Source: Tubiluchus corallicola
Taxonomy: Eukaryota > Animalia > Priapulida
Direction: 5' to 3'
Length of the DNA: 64,000 nucleotides
Assembly: GCA_030141605.1 (NCBI GenBank)
Contig: JAQGDQ010000020.1
Coordinates: 868,001 to 932,000, forward strand
Position 1 is the stretch's first letter. Each line of letters begins with the position of its first letter. This document shows positions 1-10,411 of the stretch, in pieces. The position numbers and the translations under genes were made by a program. The notes below the pieces were generated by a model. It was not told the origin of the DNA. It saw nothing but the letters and a program-made list of their open reading frames with translations, and did no database searches.

Positions 1-929
1 AGTTTTTTATAGTCGTCATAGTTACCAAAATATACTTAAACTTAAACCTAATTCTCTTGATATTAATAATAATCGTAAGTTTCAGCTTCTATAGATTGAT
101 AATATTCATGTGCTGATGAACTCTGGTAAAAGTACTTAAATTGATAATCAAAAACGAAATTTCAAAGAAAAAATCGTTGTGTGCGTTTATCGTTTAAGTC
201 CTAGGATCTCAGTAACTAAAGTAATCGAACGAGCGAGCAAATATATTGATTTTTTTTTACTAAAACGGGTCGCTGTGAATAAATATCTCGTTTCATTTTG
301 TATTAAAAAATTACAGCATGATTGTGAGAGCCTCCTAACTCTCTGGAACTGTTTTTGGTAATTTGTAAAAATGCGGCTATTGCCAGCAAATACTCCTTTT
401 TCGAAAAGTATTTTACTATAAATATTTTTAGGTTTTGTACGCAGAACCGATAAGCTAATTATACGACGTTCCACCTATCAATTATTTGAAGATGCTTCTC
501 TGTTGTCTAAACTTTACTGTCTGGTAATGAAAGGAGCGCTGTTGAAAGTTTTAACACATCGTATTGACTCATCACGTCTTTTCGGTTTGTTAAACATTTA
601 GTTAACCTCGCTAGCGGTTAATTGTCTATTTGTCCTAGGTAAATTCAACCTGTTATCTAGGTTACGAGAGAGAGCCAAAATTAATGCTGGGTTGAGATAA
701 TCGTTGGTGTTCCTTCATTGCTTTGATTGCCCTGTGAGACTAAATACATTGTTTCTTTGTTCCACAAATAGACGCTGTGGCATTGACGATGAAATGCTCA
801 AGACTAGCATTTGGCAACAGCAGCGGCCAGGACAGGACAATAACGATGGATAATGACAACAACGTGTGCATACTAGATTCGTTAGTGTCGAGAGAACCAC
901 CAATGCCAAAACTTCCGCTGCTGTTATCG

Positions 930-1150
930 TCAGCAACAACAGCAAACACCATCACCACCAACACCCAGCACCACCACCAACAACAACAACAACAACAACA
1001 ATAATACTAATAATAACAAGAGCTGTAACAGAGCAACAACAACAACAGCCGTAACAGCAGCAGCAACAACAATAACGACAACAACAGCAACAGCAGCAGC
1101 ACCAACAACGACAACTAGAACAGCACCACCACTAACAACAACAATTCCTA
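930..1150. repeat. Degenerate (CAA/CAG)n trinucleotide tract
   Basis: Runs of caacaa/cagcag; explains the overlapping ORFs. Confidence 0.9.
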
Positions 1151-1533
1151 CGATTATAATTTTTATCATCACTCCCGGTGTGGCACCAGTATTGATGCTG
1201 CCGCCACTACCACCACCAGCAAGAGACAAAGCATTAACAACAACCCTAATTTCCGCCACAGTACGAACACCACGACCCCCAACGCGCCCAATCTTGTATT
1301 GCAGAAACAAGATAAATTCTTTCGACCGGCTACATTACAAAATAGCGGCAGATTTTACCGAAACTTGTAAAAATGCTGTTTTCCTTAACAACTAGCTTTA
1401 CTTTTAGTAATTGAAATATAGAACTTTTTCACAAGCACGAAACAATGTAACAGGTATTTGGAATGGAACTTAAACAGTCAATTTTCCGCGAAACCTAGTT
1501 CTTACCAAAGACATACAATGATTGTACACAAAA

Positions 1534-1900
1534 ATGCTGTTACCTCGCTTGAAGAGGACATGGTTTATTATTCTTACCATTGCAATTGGATTATTTCGCT
1601 TCAGTACATGTGAAATTGTGAAAAAAGATTACAAAATAAAATTAGTGCAACACAGCAACAATTCTGACACGATTATGGATGAAATAGCTAAAGTTCTAGA
1701 TGTAAAATTCATGAAAAAACGTGCAACTGATTTCACACAAACTGCTCCTTCTTATTCGGCTATTATTAGTGAAGGAAAACGAGTTAAAAGGGCGTCGATG
1801 GCTGACAAAGATCTAAAATTTGATTTTTCCCTAGACCAGGACAAAATAGGAAGCGGGAAAATTCGTTTATCGTATCTTGAAGATGTTTTAAAGAAAGCAG
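1534..1900 (+). CDS. Discoidin-domain gene exon 1 (signal peptide, basic cleavage sites)
   Basis: ATG at 1534, donor CAG|GTAAAG at 1900/1901, phase 1. Confidence 0.75.
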
Positions 1901-4900
1901 GTAAAGTATAAAAGATGCAAAAAAGTTTGCAGAATTAATTGGGCTTACTAATGTAATAACTACATTATTGGCGTACATTTTGTTTAGAAACTATGAGCAC
2001 ATGTATAAGCTTAGGCCTATAATAATCAATGCTCACCTTGCAGGCCTACTAGTGGATCTATATTAGGCAAAGAAATTCAAAACATTTTAGAGTATCTTTC
2101 ATCAACAAATCGCTCAAATCATTTTTCAACTTGTTCAGGCAGTAAACGGATAAATTAAATGGGTATAAAATGAAATAGAAAGAAAGAAAAGTTCGAGAAT
2201 ACAATTTAGTAATAATAGTAGAATAATATTTCTAGCAGCAAATTTCGTTTAAATGAAATTGTCCATCTTTCTTCCTTGGATTGCAGAGTAAGGCCTACGT
2301 GCCAACTGGCTATTGTTACTACTTGATTAACAAATAAATATGATGGCGAATGATGCATTTCAACTAGAAATTATACTAATAAAAGCATCATTTAAAATGT
2401 TTTATTAATCTAAATAACATCGCTAAAGTGATGTTGCAACAGTATTTTGCCACAGGTTTAGCTGACCTGCTGAAAAAGGCTGCGAAAACTACTAAATCAA
2501 ACACTACAGCAAAGAACCACACCGAGACTGGCAAACCCGGTAAGTCTGGGAACAGCACACGTGCTAGCAGTAAGAAATCAACAAACGCTACAAAAGGTGA
2601 ACACAGAACCTGTACAACTCCGATTCTCATAACAGATCGTTATTCCAGCACTTACACTTACCAAAGGTAAGAATTTTCAGTACTAGTTTCTTTCTAATTG
2701 ACATGTCTATTGATACCCTAGGTATAACAATGTAGTCAGAGCTGCATTTAATAAAGGATTAACTAAATTTTACAGAGCTGAATATCCGTGCACTGCAAGA
2801 AGAATACGGCCGAATTAAATTTGCCGCATTTTAAAGTGCTAGAAAGAAAGTGTTCTTGTAGTACCATGTGCGTACAATAAAAGTAAACAATTCTGCTGTA
2901 GCTAATATTTTAAATATTGAAATATACTTGAATTCTATAATATGAATTAACTGGAAAGACAAGCTATTTGTACGTTAGTTTTGTTTTAAGTTTTTTAATC
3001 AGTCTTTGTAAATATTGATATGTGGTTTGAAGTTTTAATTTTTATGTAATTGTATTTTATATCATATGGACAACAAGTCTGAAATAAAGGTGTCTACATA
3101 TATATATATATATATATATCATAAGTGAATCATTTCGCTCGTCTACCATTTCGCTAGCCTCTCATTTCACCAGCGCATCATTTCGCCAAGGCATTTGCCA
3201 GTTTATCATTTCGCCCGTGCATCATTTTGCCAGTCTTTCACTTCGTCAGCAGATATTGTAAATAATACAAAATGTCAGGCAACGGTTTCTGCAAAGTACA
3301 ACCAACATAAATATGGAAGCACACATTCTGTTAGCGATTAACCAGCTTCTACTGAGAATTTTTTATGTACTCCGAATATTACTAATTCGATTAATATATG
3401 TACTTTTATTTAGTGTTAATCGATCTCTCAGCAGAAGAGCAAGTAATGCTCAGTTGATACACTGCTCAGATAATAACAATCGTCGCAATGGTCGCAGACA
3501 GAGGGCTCCACCGTTTGTTTTTCCTGAACAAGTTGACAAAGTCAAAGGGAACAACACGGAATACTGTCTCCAAATAGATATGCGCAAATCCTTTCGTATT
3601 GTAGGTGTGGAAATTAAGGTAAGAATAATACTTTTATTCGCTGAAATGTATTGGATATATGCACATGGTCCTGTAATGCCTATGTACAAAGCATAACGCA
3701 TATAGACACTCGTTCCACATGGACAACAAATTTTGAAGTTTGAAGTTTTACTATTATCACATACATTCAGTACAATAGTGACATTCAATACATTGCGACA
3801 AAGTAACAAAATTGTTACTTCATACTGTATAGATTATTATGTTTCATAAACTATCGTTACCATAAAAGAATAATTGTACTGCAGTGAGCTAGAGAACCAA
3901 AGGCTTGTAATAGCCCACTGTCATGTGAACCAGATAAAAAAAGGAATTGATATGTGAACGAAAAAAAGCACAGGGAGAAAGGTTTGATCACACAGGACCG
4001 GAAGAAGGATGTGTAACGAAAATTGTAGGAAAAAAGACGGCACATGGAACATGACCATATGGTATGTTGACAGTAGAAGTGGCTAGCAACTGCTGGTTCT
4101 GTTACAGAAATAACAGCTCTGTCACTGAACGACAAAAATAATGACGACAACAAACAACAATAGCAATGGATAAAGGCATCAACAATAACGAACTAGAAAA
4201 AAGAGATCAAGGAAAAATCAATAAAGATAAAACAAAACGACAGCCATAATAACCTTATTTACAAGATGACAAGAAAGAAACAATATTGACAAACAGAGAA
4301 GAATTGATATGCATATATTTTTCGTAATATTCGAAATTGTTTTAGGGTGTGAGGTACAGACGATGGTCCACCAGAGAACTACAAACCAATGCTTTAAAAG
4401 CATTTACAGTTCAATACAAGTACAATGATGCAGACTGGAAGTACATCCTAGAAGCAAAGAAACATATGGTAAATCAACTTAGTTATGACAACTATTAATT
4501 AGCAAGTGAGCCTGCAATTTCTTTGCTGGACAGTTACTGTACATATGTATACAAAGCGACAGCGCATTAATGATACCAAAGGCAAAGACACTAGACCTTC
4601 TTCAAGGTCTCATCTGCCTATTGTAGACATTGAAGCATTACCAATTATTAGATCATTCCATTATTAGAGCATTTATCTCATCTGTCCAAGTTTTTTGCAA
4701 GGTTCTAAACCTTCCTTTAAGGCCACTCTTACTGGTGTTTCACTTGGTAATCTTAGTATGTGTCCTAGCCAACTTAATCTTCGAAACATGACTTTTAAGT
4801 TCCAAAAATTTCTTTCGTTCTAGTGTACGAATCTTCATTTTTGATTATGTACATTAATGTACTTTTTACAACTTTCCTTAGCAGACTTCTATGAAACGTA

Positions 4901-7070
4901 TCAATCTGCTTTTCTTGAGTAACCGCTAAATCCCATGTTACACTGTTTTACATAAATATGCTGGTAAAGTTTGCATTAAATAATCGAAGTGTTATGTAAA
5001 GACTTGATTTCTTGCTAGATTATACAATCCTACGTTGAAAAAAGCATGCATTGCTTACTGATTTCTGTTTTTAATACAGTATCATCTTCGATGTTTATAG
5101 GAGTGTCCATATATTTGCACCTTTCCACTGGTTAGCAGAACTTAAGGAAAACCAAATTGTCGTTAAAAATCATAATGGAGGCCACAATAAAGTAACATCT
5201 ACGCAATTGTTATGGTGACGTAAATAATAATTGTGTAAACGGTCACATTACTGCAGGCCTGTATTATGTTTTGCTCTAATTTGTTCAATGACACTTTATT
5301 TAAGGCATGTTGAATTCTAGTGACTGCTGAGAGGCCCCAATAAAGACAAGTTTACGCAGTTAATGATATTTTTGCCTTTCGACTTTGGTACTCAATTAAA
5401 GGTTTATTGAGGACAACACAACTTTATTAAAACTTTTACCTTACAAAGTTAAAGGTTAAAATCATGCCAAACGTTCCGACAGATTACTGCAGTCATCAAT
5501 GGTAAATATACACACATACAACCAGTTTATTTAGGCAGAGCCTATTATGCACTAACTGCCTAGTTAACAGAAACCAAATTAGCTAATCAATAAGCAGACC
5601 TGAAGAACAGAAATTGTCATAGTAACAAAAGTGCAGGCCCTATTTCAGGGGGGGAGTGGGGATACTTCCCCAGGGCCTCACTCTCGCGTCGAGGTAACTT
5701 TTTTGCCTTATGCGAACATACTGCCTCTTCTCTCCCTCTCTTTCTCTTGCCGCACTAGCGCCGTTTGCCTTGTGCGGCTCGGTGCCGATGTTCAGCTGTT
5801 TTCAATTTTGGACTTTTTAACACCGGCTTATACCAAGTGAGACTACGGTATTACATATTGCAAAGATGTTGTTTTTGATTTGACTATTTGACAAGTATTA
5901 AGGACTGGTCTTGAAAATAAAGCAGTTTTTCTTTCAATTGTTTTTTCCTTTAAGAACTGTATAACTCCATATTTTCTCTTCGAAAATGCTTCTCCTGCGT
6001 TCTAGCAGTTCAAAAATTTTCTTGGCGCCAACCATGGTGGCGCCCGCTCTCTGGCGCTTCGCCCCACACTTCCCCGGGCCTCGCTTAGGCTGAAATAGGC
6101 CCTGGCTAAGTGTTTAAAGGAATTCAACTGCTTTTTACATTAAGAGAAGGCTTATTAGGGTACATAAATAAACTTTTTTTTAATAAGTCCCAGTCATTTG
6201 TGGCCAGAGGCACAAATATGATCATTAATGCTGGATTGAGGAGAATTTTTTAATTTTTGCCTGTTCTAGACGAAATACCCAAATGTTCACAAATTCTTAC
6301 TATAAATGTTTTTAAATGCTTGTAATAAAAAATTGACTTCAATTAAAATTATTAAAATGATTCAAAGTGGTATTGTTGAGCTAGTTATCCGTTCATTTAA
6401 TCACAAAGCTTTGTCTGTTTCGTATCTTGAAGTGGGATTTTTCTGGGCATCTTGTCATCGTGTCATTGGTTTAAGAGTAAAGGTGCTGCACATGACTATT
6501 GTTAACGTTCTATATAGTTAACCTGACAGCTGTATATTTTTGGCTCATATTTTAAAGTGTTTCATTCAAATCTACGTAATAAGCATTTTCAGTTTCGTTG
6601 TGTGCACTCACAGTTGCTGTATGTCAAAGCCGTCTGCCGTATCAGTTCAGTAACTTCAGTTGTTTACGTAGACTTCATTTAATTATGCATTGGTCTGTAC
6701 GTAGAATATTTTACTAGCAGGATTTTGCTTGGAAACAAAACAAAATGAGTTTGGTAAAGTTCTAGCTAGCTGTCAAAACTGTTACTATTGCAATAGCTTG
6801 GGCTGCGAGGCGTTGTCAAGTCTACACAAATGCATGGCTTTTGACCTTTTCACAATTTTCATCAATCACCTGAACTGTGAAAAGGTTTATTATATACTTT
6901 GTCTTATGTTAACACGTTTTTCGTAAATTTAGGAATTTGATATTCAGCCAGACGGAGAGCGACATCAAGTGCTATTTCCGGACCAACTCTCTGCATCCGG
7001 CATCAGGATTTTTCCACAGGACTGGGTGAATTACGACGCTGTGCGAGTTGCTGTTTCAGGATGCAATTAA
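1534..7070 (+). CDS. Secreted protein with Lys/Ser/Thr-rich linker and divergent C-terminal F5/8 type C (discoidin) domain; 5 exons, 347 aa
   Basis: Exons 1534-1900, 2456-2666, 3414-3618, 4346-4468 and 6933-7070 are all GT-AG with matching phases 1,2,0,0 and total 1044 nt with no internal stop. The N-terminus is hydrophobic and signal-like (TWFIILTIAIGLFRFSTC). Discoidin-like motifs: YCLQIDMRKSFRIVGVEIKG, AFTVQYKYNDADWKY, LFPDQLSASGIRIFPQDWVNYDAVRVAVSGC. AATAAA at 7077. Confidence 0.8.
2456..2666 (+). CDS. Discoidin-domain gene exon 2 (K/T/S-rich linker)
   Basis: Acceptor CACAG, donor AAG|GTAAGA; the frame continues exon 1. Confidence 0.75.
3128..3250. repeat. Degenerate short tandem repeat with core CATTTCGCC
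   Basis: About 7 variants of catttcgcc at roughly 15-18 nt spacing, after a (TA)n run. Confidence 0.6.
3414..3618 (+). CDS. Discoidin-domain gene exon 3
   Basis: Acceptor TTTATTTAG, donor AAG|GTAAGA; encodes EYCLQIDMRKSFRIVGVEIK. Confidence 0.75.
4346..4468 (+). CDS. Discoidin-domain gene exon 4
   Basis: Acceptor GTTTTAG, donor ATG|GTAAAT; encodes GVRYRRWSTRELQTNALKAFTVQYKYNDADWKYILEAKKHM (not in the ORF track). Confidence 0.8.
4600..5130 (-). mobile_element. Decayed RTE-like LINE, 3' ORF fragment
   Basis: Minus-strand translation pieces LRLFNA, QEKQIDTFHRSLLRK and RRLSWLGHILRLPSETPVRVAL, with frameshifts; typical post-RT region of RTE elements. Confidence 0.7.
5390..6310 (-). mobile_element. 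Penelope-like retroelement remnant (GIY-YIG C-terminal half plus pLTR-like tail), interrupted by a hAT MITE
   Basis: 6310-6112 translates to VRICEHLGISSRTGK..SSINDHICASGH..KSLFMYPNKPSLN...IPL with stops and frameshifts. The tail carries TTGATGA...GGAACGTT and AATAAA. Confidence 0.65.
5634..6104. mobile_element. hAT-type MITE family A, copy 1
   Basis: TIR CAGGCCCTATTTCAG...CTGAAATAGGCCCTG; degenerate 8-bp TSD (CAAAAGTG/GCTAAGTG); highly similar to the copy at 53761. Confidence 0.85.
6933..7070 (+). CDS. Discoidin-domain gene exon 5 (terminal)
   Basis: Acceptor ATTTAG; encodes EFDIQPDGERHQVLFPDQLSASGIRIFPQDWVNYDAVRVAVSGCN*, matching the F5/8-C terminal pattern RixPxxWxxxxxxRxxxxGC. Confidence 0.8.
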   Translation, partial: EFDIQPDGERHQVLFPDQLSASGIRIFPQDWVNYDAVRVAVSGCN

Positions 7071-7555
7071 TTATTTAATAAACGAATCGAATTACTGTAA
7101 ATAGAAAAGCTTTTTATTGTTATTATTAACATCACTTATGTGCAGATACACAAGTGGTTCAAATAAAGTAGGTAAACACATAACACAAAAAACACAGATA
7201 GAAATGAACAACTATTAAATTCAAACTAAACCCTCACTATAAGCTTTTACAACCTAAAATCCGACTTCATCACGAATATTCAATTTTACTATAAACTCAC
7301 TGTAAAACTTGTTTCTTTTGATTTTTTTATCACTTCGTTGCTAGCAGTATTAAATTTGAGGTAATGCCATTTTTCGTTCTGTAAGATGAATGACGCAAAG
7401 AGTACAGTCACGAGGTCACCAAGATCGGTAAATAAACATTGGTAACCAAAGACGCTTTCTGCACTACGTACGTCATTCTCGCTCACTCGCGCCAAAAACA
7501 TGATGATTTTTACAGCAATGAACGAGTTCGAAAATGGCCAGAAAAGGATAAGGTA

Positions 7556-8028
7556 CTGTAGCGGATAGCCCTATAGGCTGAAGCCTAAGGCCCGGGATCA
7601 AAAGGGCCCGGCAAAATAAAACGAAAAAAATTTTTTGTTGTAAAAAAAATAAATTGACAAAATATAGAAAAAAGTTTTTTTTTTCAAAAGTCAGTCACTA
7701 TATTTCAAATCGATTTACACAAATCAAGTTTACACAATTTAAGTTTACACAATTTAAGTTTACACAATTCACGTTTACACAGTTTAAGTTTAAGTTAAAA
7801 ATTTCAGTTTCCGAATTTTTCTGGGGACAAAGTCAGGTATAATTTCTGAAAAGTCCATTTTTTTCAACATATCTGATTCAATATGCATCAGTGATAAATT
7901 GTTTAATTTGTCATCCTTTACAAACGACGAGAGCTCCACAAAAACACGTCAGCTCAGCAGTGTAGCAACATTTAAAAGGCCCGTTCCAAGCTCAAGCCTA
8001 AGACCCATAAAATCATAATCCGCCGCTG
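7556..8028. mobile_element. hAT-type MITE family B
   Basis: Perfect 8-bp TSD ATAAGGTA (7548-7555 and 8029-8036); imperfect TIR CTGTAGCGGAT/ATCCGCCGCTG; internal 15-bp tandem TTTACACAATTTAAG x5. Confidence 0.8.
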
Positions 8029-9293
8029 ATAAGGTATTTAATTTATAAGTTTTTTGAGTAAAATTAACTATGAATTCTTTGTGTAATCATAATACTGTAA
8101 TGCGTGAAAAAACTACAGTGTCCGTTGGGGTTATATAGGCCTTTAAACTGTAACTGTATTAGTATACATACATATACATATTGTTTACATACTAATAATA
8201 TTTACACGTAGCCAAAGTATCATAAAAAACTCAAAAGCTGTGTAGACCAGGAAATCTGAAAATTGAATTCCATAATTCCGGTGTACAAATATGTCACAAT
8301 AAAAAAATTAATAATTTTTGTTATGGGATACTAAGTTTTTCCTGCAGATGCCCTTTCTTTTAAGAAGAGTTCATATACTTTAGAATACCATAAACCTCGT
8401 AGTGTGCCCGCTTCAAGTATAACCTTTTGCAGCCCTTTCCCTTTTATCTTCTGTTTTTTTTCTTTTTTCAACTTAAACAAAGAGAACTTAAACATTTTCA
8501 GTTTTGTTTTTTATAGCTTCTTCACTCTTAAATCTGTAGGCCTATAGGCAGCTGTTGTAACAAGTAGTATGCATGAATGAATTTACTAATTTCCTATGTT
8601 TAATAGAGACACATACGTCCTTTTTATTACGAATGTTACTATAAACCACACTTAACTTAATTTCAAAGTGTCAGTCACTGCATGACCTGGATTAACTACT
8701 TAGTTGACCAATTAATAAAACCCTACAATAAGGAAAAAGTACGAAGTTTCAGTTCACCCTTGTGGATTGCCTTCAATTGAGAAACAAAAAGCACAGACGC
8801 CAAGTAGATTTTTTGGGTTTTATGTATAACACACTCACTGAAAACCACAAGTCCATTCAACAAAAAATATCTTAGAGTTTATTCTCTGATTTACATCAAT
8901 TATGAATTATAGTTTTTCATTGACGTCTATTTTCTTCTAGCATACAACAAACAGTTTTCTTTGTCTTTTAACACACCGCAACCGGTTTTGTCTGCACACT
9001 TTCTAAAAACTTGTATCAGTCATCGATTACTAGATTATATTATGTATTAGGTAGTAACCAGATCTCGATCGGCTCATTACTGAAATGTATGGCTGCAGCA
9101 GTTACTGAAAAAAAACTTTGTGGCGCATCTACAGCAAAAAAGTAGAATAAATGAAGTTATTAAAATAAAATATATAATATAAGGCCTAAATTATAAGTAC
9201 TAGAATTAGAATAGAATACATGTGAGTCCAAGCATGCCGAGTACAGAGCAATAGGTGGATCAACCAAAACACAACATCTTGAAATTTACATCC

Positions 9294-9316
9294 CTCCCCC
9301 GCATGAGCCCGCCCTA
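9294..9316 (+). promoter_or_regulatory. GC-box cluster upstream of the JmjC gene
   Basis: CCTCCCCCGC and CCCGCCC (Sp/KLF-type) lie 50-70 nt upstream of the ATG in otherwise AT-rich DNA. Confidence 0.4.
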
Positions 9317-9364
9317 AGTTGAAGTTAACTGCTGCATACTTGCTTGAGCGGAAATCAGCCCAAC

Positions 9365-10411
9365 ATGGCGAAAGAGAAAGTTGCTCCGTGCGAAGCGTTA
9401 GACAAATCTGCTAAAATACAAAAGCTGGCGTTGCATTATTACAAGCTGCGACAAACGTGTGTTAACAACGGTATCAGTGACTCGGTGTTTGAAGATGTTT
9501 GTTTAGGAAGTATCATAAACGAAAACTTCGGTGGTGAAAAGGAAACTTTGTCGGACGCTGGTGATGCTGCAGACTGGCATGTAATACGAACTGTATCACT
9601 GTGTGTGCTTCTTATGGTTTTATCGTTTTCTCTGATTGTCACGCATTCGTCGTGCATTTCCAAACTCTATGAGGACGTTATTTATTCGCCTTGCGCTATA
9701 GAAAACAACGCAATTTTGCAAGAAATAGCCAGACCGATACCCGAATGCAAATTCTGTGAAAATTTGACAGAAGTTGTTACAGTTAGAGACATCACACGTG
9801 AGCAGTTTAGAGACGTATTTGCTTACACAGGAGTGCCAGTGGTGGTTCAAGGTGCGACTAAAAATTGGACTGCCATGGATGTATTTAGTTTAGAGTATTT
9901 TGTAAAATTGTACAGTACGTTTCCTGGTGCACTGCAAAGTGTGGAGGAAGAATGTCAATTTCTGCCATTTAATATAGAAGCTTATACATTAGAAGACAGT
10001 TTTAGGTTAGTAAACAGCTCCCCCTTCAGGGAAAAAGACTGGTATTTCGGCTGGAGCAATTGCCATCCCGAAATTGCCCACGAACTGCGGAAACTTTACT
10101 CGCGGCCATACTTTCTTCCGGACAATTCCGAATCCAGCAATATAGACTGGATAGTAATGGGTCGGGGGAAGCAGGGACGTGGGGCTAGTATACACATTGA
10201 TTTTGTGCAGAGACCATCGTGGCAAGCGCAGATACTTGGGACAAAACGATGGTTGTTGATTCCACCTCCAGAATGTGAAAAGTCTTGTAGATCTCTTGAT
10301 GTTGTAGTTAATACTGGTGATATAATTTGCATTGATACAAATTTATGGTATCATAACACTGCTATAGAACCTGGTGAAATGAGCATCACCATAGGCTCAG
10401 AATATGATTAA
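9365..10411 (+). CDS. Intronless JmjC/cupin-fold Fe(II)/2-oxoglutarate dioxygenase-like protein with N-terminal membrane anchor, 348 aa
   Basis: Long clean ORF; ATG in good Kozak context (AACATGG). Hydrophobic segment TVSLCVLLMVLSFSLIV. JmjC-like motifs FRDVFAYTGVPVVVQGATKNWTA, HxD (SIHIDF), WQAQILGTKRWLLIPP and GDIICIDTNLWYH. Resembles the JMJD6/JMJD8-related uncharacterised invertebrate family. Confidence 0.9.
   Translation: MAKEKVAPCEALDKSAKIQKLALHYYKLRQTCVNNGISDSVFEDVCLGSIINENFGGEKETLSDAGDAADWHVIRTVSLCVLLMVLSFSLIVTHSSCISKLYEDVIYSPCAIENNAILQEIARPIPECKFCENLTEVVTVRDITREQFRDVFAYTGVPVVVQGATKNWTAMDVFSLEYFVKLYSTFPGALQSVEEECQFLPFNIEAYTLEDSFRLVNSSPFREKDWYFGWSNCHPEIAHELRKLYSRPYFLPDNSESSNIDWIVMGRGKQGRGASIHIDFVQRPSWQAQILGTKRWLLIPPPECEKSCRSLDVVVNTGDIICIDTNLWYHNTAIEPGEMSITIGSEYD

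Noticed and set aside
715-1395. Overlapping Q/T/V-rich ORFs
   Set aside because: They come from a degenerate CAA/CAG repeat; no domain or splice support.
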